The notes under the pieces: generated by a model | The model's database searches: none | Seen by the model: only the letters and a program-made list of their open reading frames with translations | What the model was told of the DNA's origin: nothing | Part shown: one piece after another, positions 13,347 to 23,034 of the stretch | Layout: each line of letters opens with the position of its first letter | How positions within the stretch are numbered: position 1 is the first letter of the stretch | Program-made: the position numbers and the translations under genes | DNA from: Nageia nagi | Taxonomy: Eukaryota > Plantae > Pinophyta | Assembly (NCBI GenBank): GCA_050084985.1 | Contig: JBITNC010000001.1 | Span: 107,880,001 to 107,944,000 of the forward strand | Reading direction: 5' to 3' | DNA: 64,000 nucleotides

Positions 13347-16300
13347 GGGATGAAGCTTTGTCCTCAAATCTTGAAGTGTGGAAACTATTGCTACAACTAA
13401 TGAAGTATTTCCCATGTTGCATCTTTCGGTGCCATGCCTTGCCATTGCATAAGGACTTCTATGATGGAGCAGTTATGAAGTTATCATGAATGTTGATCTA
13501 GAAATACATTAGGTAATTATGTCTGAACTTAAACCTCTGATCCAACCACTTTCTTGAGATAAGAGACATGAAACATTGGGTGAATCTTGGAAGAAGCAGG
13601 AAGCTTCAGTTTGTATGCAGCTAGGCCAATGCACTGTAATAGCTTGTAGGGACCATAAAACTTTGGGGCCAATTTTTGAGGGCCTTTTATTTTTAAGGAT
13701 TTTTGGTGATAAGATTATAGCCTCAAAAATACCATGTCATCTACTTGGAACTCCCTTTCAACACATTTTTGATCAATCTATTGTTTCATACGATGTTGGG
13801 CTATCTAAAGGTTATCCTTGAGAAAATGAAGAATATCATCTTGAGTAACTAATGTTAAGTCAATTTCTTGAACTTTACTAGTACCTACAACATACAAGGT
13901 GATTATTGGTGGAGCTTGACCATACACTGCTTCATAAGGGGTCATCTTGCTGGCATAATGATAAGATGTATTATACCACCACTCAACCAAAGGAAGCCAT
14001 CATACCCAATTCATAGGTTGTGCTAAAGCAAAATAATGTAAATATGTTTCCAATATTTTTTTGACAATTTTAGTTTGACCATCAATTTGTGGGTGATATG
14101 CTGAGCTCATGTTTAGTTGGGTACCTTGTAGCTTAAAAAGCTCTTGCCAAAAATGGCTTGTAAAAGTGGGATCACGATCATTGATAATCATTTCTAGCAT
14201 GCCATGTAGTTTAAAATTGTATCCAGGAATAATTATGCCACTATCACTACCTTGTAGGGATGAGCCAATGAACCAAAATGAGCATATTTGGATAATCGAT
14301 CAACCACCACTAGAATAACTAATTTACCATTGGATTTAGGAAATCCTTTAATGAAATCCATTGAGATATGAATCCATGTACGAGTAGGTATGGGAAGAGG
14401 TTGAAGGAGTCTTGAAGTACCCACTGTCTCACCCTTTTGTCATTGACACACATTAAAAGCTACCACAAACTACTTGATATCCAATTTCATACCTTCCCAA
14501 TAGAATGATCATGCCACCTACTTATAAGTTTTAAAAAATCCATCATGTCCTAATGTAGGTGTGGAATGCAATTCAGCAAGTATTTTTTATTTACATTTTG
14601 AAGGAGATGGTAACAAAATTTAACCTTTGAATCTCAAAATACCATCATGCCATGTTTGGTGTGGTTTACTCATGGGGTATTGAGTGATTTATTTTAATAA
14701 TTCTTGGGTGGAGCTATCCTTTGCCCACTCTTGTTTAACTTTATCCAACCATTGAGGAATAGGAGATGAAAGAGCTTGCAATGCTATTTGATCTTCAAAT
14801 TTTATAAACAAAGCATCAGGAACCACATTCTCTTTACCTTTATGGTATACTATCTCATAATTGTACCCCAATAGTTTAGTCATCCATTTTTGTTGCTTAG
14901 GCATAGAAATACATTGCTCAATGAAAAATTTTAAACTATGATGATCTATGAGGATGATGAAATGGCAACCAATACGATATAATCTCTAACATTGAACTAC
15001 ATGAATGATGGCAAGCATTTCTTTTTCATAGGTGGATTTACCCAAATTTTTACCAAAGAGTGCTCTACTAGTGAACACTAAGGGATGCCCCTCCTGCATT
15101 AATACTGCCTTGATTCCTACTCCACAAGCATCACTTTCTATCATAAAGATTTTAGAAAAATCTAGTATTGCTAATATTGGGGTGGTACACATCGTATCCT
15201 TGAGCTTAAGGAAAGCTGCCTCAACTTGGGGACCATTGGAATGCATTCTTTTTCAACAAAATGGTTAGAAAGTGATGCAATATTACCATAATCCTTCACA
15301 AATTTCCTATAATAACCTGTCAACCCCAAGAATCCTTGGAGACTTTTCAAAGATGTAGGAATAGATCAGTTCTACATGTTAGTAATCTTTTGTGGATCCA
15401 CCTTAACTCCCTCTTCAGATATAATATGGCCTAAGTAGTCAATTTCCCTCTTATCAAATGAACATTTTGATTTTTTTGTATATAGTCAATGTTCCTTCAA
15501 AATTTGTAAGGTTTGGTCAATATGTGCCACATGTTCTTACCATGTCTTACTGTAGATTAAGATATCATCAAAGAAAATTAAAATGAACTTCCTAAGAAAT
15601 GGATAAAACACTTAATTCATTAAACTTTGAAATGTGGATGGAGCATTTATGAGGCCAAAAGGCATGAACAAGAACTCATAATGGCTCTCATGGGTGCAAA
15701 ATGCAATTTTTGGTATATCCTCCTCCTTGAGGCGAATTTGGTGATACCGAAATCGTAGGTCCAACTTGGAAAAATATCTTGCCCCATGTAGTTCATCCAA
15801 TAATTCATCAATGATCAATATGAAAAATTTATCCTTGATGGTAATTTTTTTGAGGGCCCTAAAATCCACACACATATGCCATGATCCATCTTTCTTACGA
15901 ACCAATATAATTGGAGAAGAATATGGGCTTATGCTAGGTCAGATCACTCCTATATCTAATAGTTCCTGAACCAATTTTTCAATTTCATTTTTTTGTAAAT
16001 AAGGATACCGATAAGGATGAATGTTTGGTGGTTGACTTCCTAGCACTAACTAGATAGTATGATCATGAGATCATTAGGGCAGTAAGCCTATTGGTTCCTC
16101 AAAGGCATATGCATGCTTACTCAAGATGGATTGCAAGTCTTTAGGCTTTGTGAATTCAGATTCAGTGATTGCTAAAGAGTAGCACTATGCCAGCATTCCT
16201 TTCCCAATTTTTTGTAGGATCTTTTCCATGCGATGGGAGCTCACAATTTGTGAAGGTCCAACCTGTAATCCCCTAAGAGTATGCTCTTATTCAGCTATCT

Positions 16301-17725
16301 TAAAGGTCATCCATAGCTCTGCAAAATTTCACTACATGGTGCCCAAGTCCTCAACCATTGCACCCCCAAAACTATATCACATCCCCCAAATGGTAAAGCA
16401 TACATGTCACTTTTCAAAGTATAATGGCCCATGCTTAGTTTAACATTTTGACATGTGCCTTTACATGCTATTTTTCCTCCATTACCAACCATAACCTCAA
16501 AATTATTTGTAGGGTGGATGTAACAGTTAGCAGCCTTAGCTACCCGTGAATCAATGAAATTATGAGTACTTCCTAAATCCAACAATATGATGAGAGTGTG
16601 CTTTTTAAAAAACCCTTTGACCTTCATAGTTTAAGGGGTATTAATTCCTGCTAATGCATTATAAGAGATAACTCGAGCCTCCTCATCTAGAATTTCCTAT
16701 GTATCCTCTTCATGTGCACTCTCATATTCCTCCTCACTAGGAGCATCAACATCAAGCAAATATAACTTTTGTTAAGTACAATTATGACCATGAATAAATT
16801 TCTCATCACAATTATAGCACAAACCCTTCTTTCGAAGCTCTTCCATTTCCTCCCACATCAACTTCTTAGTTTGCATTATGTGATTTGATGGTGCAGCACT
16901 TGTGTTATTAGAGTAATGGGAATTATTATGTGTTTTTGTGAATGGAGGTCTTACATTTTATCGATGAGAATTGGCTTTATCTTTAGTGAGCTTTGCCAAG
17001 GCAATAGCATCCATCATAGTTTTGGAATTAAACATTTTGACCTCTAGTTTAATTTCTTCCTTTAATCCACTGATAAAACAACTTGTAAAAAAAGCATCAT
17101 CCAACCACTTTGTGTGATTTGCTAGTTTCTCAAACTGATTTTGGTATTCTTTGACTATTATGGTTTGACGTAACTTGGTCAATGTCCCTATGAAATCTTC
17201 ATAGTCACTAGGACCAAAATGGATCAATAATTGTTGAGTAAATTCATCCCATGAAGGAGCAGGATGAATTTTTGAGTACCACTAGGGCCATTGGAGAGCC
17301 TCACGGTCCAAATGAAAAGTTACCATGCACACCTTCAAATCTTTTGGAATTTGGTTTAATGTAAAATATTATCTAGATTTATAAATCCAACCAGTGGCAA
17401 CATCTCCATCAAATCGAGGAAAATCTAATTTGATTATGCGTGGAAGAATGAAACCACCTTGTTGGCCCTAAAAGTTATGATGATACCCCTATGGATTTCT
17501 TGACTACCTTGATTGCTATGAACTGGATGCATTATTGGTATGACTGATACTTAGTTGGACACTATCACACTTACTATCAATGGTTTGTATTTGGGTCTCT
17601 AGTTATCAAATTTTAGCCCTGAATGTGTTGGTAAGTGTATCTATAATTTGTTGGATCATAGTCTAAAATTTCATCATGGTAGGATTAGCTTGTGCTATTA
17701 TTTGGGATCTTGTCTCAAGTGCCAT
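13340..17725 (-). pseudogene. Gypsy gag-pol pseudogene with C-terminal chromodomain
   Basis: Gag KLDFPRFDG, LRQT..VKEY..QFEKL, KGLCYNCDEKF..GHNC; protease LLDLGSTHNF; [27 protein letters not shown]; RH IESDACGVGI; INT ISMDFI, SSAYHPQIDGQT; chromodomain VLMQWQGMAPKDATWE at ~13400-13460. Confidence 0.95.
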
Positions 17726-18485
17726 TTCTAGGAACTACTATTTCTAAAGTTGTTATTTTTGGAAATTGCTATTTTTAGAAAGTGCCCGAAAAAGTGTATG
17801 GGTGTAATATACCAAAATGATCAGCTCAAAAAGATGATCATAATGGGCTAGGTCTCCCAATGATTTTTGAACTCTTGGAATCTTTTTTTATACATTTGTG
17901 GGTCTATCTACTTTTGTTAACAAATGCTAAAATGGTACAAATTTATAGTTATTTGGCTCTGAAGGTTTTGTTGCCTTTGAACTACTATTTTTGGTAGCTC
18001 TAAAAACCTGCATGTCATACATTCTACCTCTCGAATCAAGGTTTTTTATGTTAAGAAACAATTCTAGGGTAAGGATTATCTGCTCTATAGGCTTATCTAA
18101 ACACCCCTCCTATCCAACTTTCATAAGGAAAGAGGGTGCAAAGATGGCTTTTGTGACAAGTAACTTTCTAGCAACACTTGCTGATGCACTATAGTTTATA
18201 GATGGTTGACACAACTTCCTACCTAGTTTTCATTTATAGCCTAGATAGTCTTCGATATACCTTTTAGTACATGGAATTTGATTCCATGTAGGGTTTTGTT
18301 TGAGGTGTGGGTATTGGTGCAAAGTTTTTTGCACCTCACTTCATACATAGCTTTATGGGCAAGTGTGCTTAGCCAAAAATAATAGATCCTCCTAGATATT
18401 TTAAAACCCTCAATACAAGGTTTCTAGCTTAGACATCTAAGAATTTTTTTCGGGGTTTTCCTACAGCAAAATGGCCCTAGAAAGA

Positions 18486-18497
18486 GCTTTGATACTA
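18486..18497 (-). other. Primer binding site (tRNA-iMet), degenerate
   Basis: Minus strand tagtatcaaagc versus canonical tggtatcagagc, 2 nt inside the 5' LTR. Confidence 0.85.
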
Positions 18498-18499
18498 GA

Positions 18500-18911
18500 T
18501 ATTATGATGTTATGAATATGAAAGGGAAATATTGTAGAAATGTAAATGAATATTGATTTGAACAAGCAAATGGTAACTAATCTAATGGAAATAACAGAAC
18601 ATGCATTGATAAGTAAAACACAAAATAATAATAATAAGTAGATAAGGATAGGATTTTATTGAATAGTAATAGAATCACAGACTGCTTTGAGGGGGCTACC
18701 TCCTTACAACTCCAAAAGTGAAAAAATAATATTCGAGATGCCTTTCTCCACACACTTCTACCTTTGTATAATATACTAACCCTAACCCTAATAGTCATGC
18801 AAAATCGGGCCTTGCCCTTACAATCATAATATTATAGTTTACAATATAGGTTGATAATTTAATTAAAATACTAATACTAACATTAAGATGTTATGATGTG
18901 GGATCCTAACA
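18500..18911 (-). repeat. 5' LTR of the Reina-like element
   Basis: tattatgatg...gatcctaaca; repeat of 12943-13333 with a ~21 bp extra segment. Confidence 0.95.
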
Positions 18912-19440
18912 CAAGTCCCTCCTTCCAAGCACTAGTCTCAGTATGCACCAATAAATAAGAGACTTAACACATATGGAGCCCCCTCCTCTTAGAAATGTAA
19001 TGGATGGGGACATTCACCCTGAATCCTCAAATAAAGTTATTGGTTGGGGGGATAGGGAGGTACCTCCAAGAAATATAGTGTCAAATGTTAGTAGATGTTG
19101 GTGGAGCCAAGGAAAGTGGATGAGAGGAGCCCTTCTCTTCTCATGGGTGGCAAGGCATAGTTATTGATCATGCTAAAGAGAGTGGGGGCTGGGAATATAT
19201 GTGTATGATGGATAAATTCTGCCCTCACTCAAATCCCTCTATTGAGTAAATGCATATTTAGTTGTTTATGTTTTTATGTTGGCTTGATAAGCTTTAGATA
19301 CTTTATTTATATTTTTGTCCTAACTATCGAGATGATGTGGTTAGTCTAAGACTTGTGATAATTTTTGGGAAGTGTTAAGTCCTTCCACATACCATTTTTA
19401 CATGATTAAGTAATAAATTTTACTTTTTTCATCCAAAAAT

Positions 19441-20040
19441 ATTAATTTTATATTATATATAATCAATAATTTAAATAATAAAATTAATAAATTTAAATAT
19501 TTATAATTATAATTAAAAATATATATGATATTTATATTTATAAACAACTATAATTCTTTAAAGCATTTCTATGTACAACACTACAAAAATATGAAGGTTT
19601 CTATAAATATAAAAACTTTCATATTTTAGTTATGGGTAAAGTGGTAATTTTTCTTTTTATTCAAAATTAAAAAAAAAAAAAATTCAAAGCAAAATTATAT
19701 TTCAAGTAGAAAAAAATGATAAAAATATTATACAGTAGCTTTGATATACCTTTTATATATAAAAAAAATTGCTTAGAGATATCATTCCTATTTTAATTTT
19801 TAAATATACATACATATATTTATAATTATAATTAAATTCGATAATTTTTTTTAAATAAATAAAATTCATTCATTTTTTCAATATTAAAGCTAATATTTAA
19901 AGTACGGATTCACATGCGATATTTTGGCTCTCCACTCCACCCTTGCTGTAACTAAAAAATACCTCTTGACATTAATTAAATGTAATTTTTTATAACTTAA
20001 ATAGAAAAAATATAGATTTACAATATAAAAACTAAAATCC
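19441..20040 (+). repeat. AT-rich flank, copy A of a local tandem duplication (partner 21897-22260)
   Basis: Shared blocks such as atatatgatatttatattta.aaacaacta, aacactacaaaaa.atgaaggtttctataaa and gatttacaatat.aaaact. Copy A has an extra ~245 bp at 19731-19975. Confidence 0.85.
19731..19975 (+). repeat. Short dispersed non-coding repeat (MITE-like); inverted copy at 59400-59760, partial copy at 58470-58525
   Basis: tagctttgatatac / gtatatcaaagcta and atattttggctctccact / agtggagaaccaaaatat are reverse-complement matches. Confidence 0.7.
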
Positions 20041-20399
20041 TATCGAGTTGATGGTAGGTGTGGATGAGGCAAGGATCATGCCCCTGATGGATTTTGATGG
20101 TGTGGATGCCCCTCAGTCATGGCTCGAAGCTTAAGAGTTAATGGTGCCTAGGGTACAAACTTCAATAAAAAAAAAGTAAAAGTTATTAAAAAAACATGCA
20201 TTTACTAACTTGAAACAAAGTTATACTACAATAAATTGTAACTTAAAATCATGGGTGGACTAACTTGAAATAAAATTGTAAGTAACATCTTCAATATAAC
20301 AATTCCATCTATCAAATTTTACAAAACTCCTATTATCAAATAATTATTATTATTATAAAAAGTTAATTTAATCTTATTATAATACAAATAATATTAAAT

Positions 20400-21896
20400 A
20401 ATATCCATGGAGCTTAAATAAGATCAGATGAGGACTCTTGCATTTGTTTCAGGTGTGCCTTTGATCATCCACTATGGTGAAGCAACTGTTGGAGATGTGC
20501 CATTGAGAATCTACTATCGAGATATTAATGAAAACCCTTACAACCCTTTTGCCTTCCCAAATTAGAGGTACATGATTGTTACTATATTAATGAAAACTCT
20601 TACAACCTTGAAGCATGTTGGGAATTTAAGTTCAAATTATGTTTGGTCCTTTGTAATTTCTTTTCTATGATTTTCCATGATCTAAAAGATAGAAATAAGG
20701 TTTTAGCAAACCATTGTAGGTGATTTTTTGGGTAAAAATGATTTTATATACATCCCTGGATATCTGATTTCAATGCTCTCATGGAAAATAATCATGGTCT
20801 TTTGGTATGGGTAAACCTTTATGTGCTCCTAATGGAATTTTGAAAAAATAAGATTTTTACCAAGATTGGGAACACCATTAGATCATTTTTGTATGCAGAT
20901 GATAACATAGATGAAAATTCATATAACACTTTCAATATGAGTAAAACAAGAATTGCAATTTGGATGAACACATCTTCTCCTTGGACACAATCCATCGTTT
21001 TATCCTTATCTCAAAGGAATTAGACTCAACACATTGAGTATGAATATTTTTTTGTAAGGTGTTTTAGGTGCCAAAAATATGGACATAAAAAAAGAATGCC
21101 CATTATCTCAGGAACACTCTTAGTACTCTCTTAGAAAAAGGAAGACTACAAATGGTTTTAATGAATACCATCTACTTGATATCTAACATGCAAACCCAAA
21201 ATAACCTAGATTTGGAAATAAAGAAGCTTTATGCATATATGAGAACTTGTCAAATTTTGGAATCCAACGAGAAGCAAACAAGCATCACACATCTATTTGA
21301 ACCACAAGGAAGGAAACCCACCATGAATCAAAAGACCAACCCAAAGAAGAAAATGAATCAACTACTAAATATTCTTTGGCCATTTTGATTATTCAAAAGA
21401 TAAGTTCCTATAGTACTAAATCCTTTCATAGACCTATCAAAGAAAATAATGAAGAAATTTTGACTCCGATGAATGTCAAATCTTCTTAACAACACAAGTC
21501 AACTAAAAGGATCGAGAAAAAAAAAAGAGAGAGAAAAGCTACCAATGTTACTTCAGTCAATTCTTCAAAAAAAAATTGATAATTCTTGAGAAAATCTTAA
21601 TGCAAAGTATGAAACTTTGGTGAACGATTCAAAAGGTACAACACATAATTACTACCTTAGAAGTATGAAATTCAATAATACCTTTTCATATTTAGCAACA
21701 CTAATAAAGGACAAAACATAAGAAAGGTCATTTGAGTTGAAGAAGGCAAAGCATGAATCTATACTTAATTGACTATGAAGCTATCATGTATATTTAATAC
21801 ATTTAAGGCTATGAATGTAACATTTGAAAGAATGTTATGTTAATACAAGTTTTGGATCTTGTATAAAAAAACCTTTTTTTATCATTAAAAAAAAAA
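20400..21896 (+). mobile_element. ORF1-only L1-derived (HAL1-like) element, copy B, with poly(A) tail
   Basis: DUF4283-like FHDLKDRNKVL..FYIHPWISDF, VWVNL..EF*..IGNTI, then IEYE..RCFRCQKYGH..ECP (20650-21100), a low-complexity tail, and an A10 run at 21887-21896. No ORF2 motifs. Confidence 0.75.
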
Positions 21897-22260
21897 TTAT
21901 ATGTATAGAATCATCAATTTAAATACTAAAATAAATAAATTTAAATATTTATAATTATAATAAAAAATATATATGATATTTATATTTACAAACAACTATT
22001 TATGTATTTATAAACAACTATTTCTGTGTAGAACACTACAAAAACATGAAGGTTTCTATAAACTTAAAAACTTTCATATTTTAATTATGGTAAGATGGTA
22101 ATTTTTGTTTTTCTTCAAAAATTAAAAAGAAAAAAAAATCCAAAGAACAATTATATTTTCAAGTAGAAAAAAATGATGAAAATGCTATAAATTAAATATT
22201 ATTTTTTGATAACTTCAAGAGAAAAAATATTGATTTACAATATCAAAACTCAAAACTACT
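21897..22260 (+). repeat. AT-rich flank, copy B of the tandem duplication
   Basis: Colinear with 19441-19730 plus 19975-20040. Confidence 0.85.
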
Positions 22261-22369
22261 TAAATAGATAAAACAAAAAAAAAAATGGATAACTTCAAAA
22301 AAACAAAATTAAATACAATAGAAATTATCAAATAACAAAGACACAAATAAATTAAATGCAAATCCTTGA

Positions 22370-23004
22370 CAACTTCGACATAATTAAATATAAAAAAAAA
22401 AAAAAAACCAATATCACATCTAGAAGTTGCTCCACAAAGGATGTTGTCCCAAATAAACAAATTCCACCTCAATATAGCAATACATAATCATCTCACGTGT
22501 TATTGGGACAACAAAATGAGACTAGGCATAATTCAAGACAGGACAACTCTCGAAGCTTGAAACCCATCTGTTTTTTCATTGGTCAACCGAATTCTTTACA
22601 AATCAATTTTTTTTGCTGAGCTTTGGGCACTACAATTCTTTCACGGGTTCCCAATATACAGCATTGGGACAGTGGATCCCTGAAGACGGGGTGACAGATT
22701 GCATGCAAGAGAAACAAAAAGACAAATACCGTAACACATAATCACTTTGGTTCAAAAGTTCCAAGGGAGTTTGCCACCTTCTATGGACAAATATTCTACG
22801 GGCCATGCATTCCATATGTTATGCTATACGACCAGCTACTCTTTTGTTGTAAGGGGGGCTACGAAGGTGGCGTGGTTTTTAAAGCTTTCCTTTTTGAGGA
22901 GTATTATCTTGTCTGGGATACATGGTTTTAAATGCTGTGAATAGACTTTCTCTTGTATGACATACATTGATTTACATTTTATGAACAGCATTTCATCTAC
23001 AAGT
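22370..23004 (+). promoter_or_regulatory. Putative promoter / 5' UTR of the WIYLD gene with a G-box (CACGTG 22494-22499)
   Basis: Local retention of CpG relative to the flanks, position just 5' of the first coding exon, and the G-box. TSS not determinable. Confidence 0.45.
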
Positions 23005-23034
23005 ATGCCGATGCAGACAAGGCGACGCAAGAAG
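23005..23034 (+). CDS. WIYLD gene exon 1 (alternative in-frame ATG at 22981)
   Basis: ATG...AAG|gtatgg, phase 0; MPMQTRRRKK. Confidence 0.75.

Larger units (their letters stand above)
12943..18911 (-). mobile_element. Ty3/Gypsy chromovirus (Reina-like), structurally complete, about 5.97 kb
   Basis: Paired LTRs, TSD caatt (12938-12942) / caagt (18912-18916), tRNA-Met PBS, PPT, and gag-PR-RT-RH-INT-chromodomain on the minus strand. Small size and an ORF running to the PPT fit Reina. Confidence 0.95.
7621..19440 (+). mobile_element. L1-clade LINE, near full length and degenerate, interrupted by a Gypsy element at 12943-18911
   Basis: ORF1 DUF4283-like (AYFLGRIP..SWMNHVWG, RVCIKVDLSK) at ~7950-8500. 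Endonuclease GDFN and SDHSP motifs at ~9520 and ~9830. RT KALGIDGF, NWRPITLLNIGYNIITKAL, KIEFENAYDRIEW, IRQGFPLAP at 10380-11100. zf-RVT-like HIF.DC at ~12460. Flanks on both sides rejoin as one sequence when compared with 21870-21960. Confidence 0.88.
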
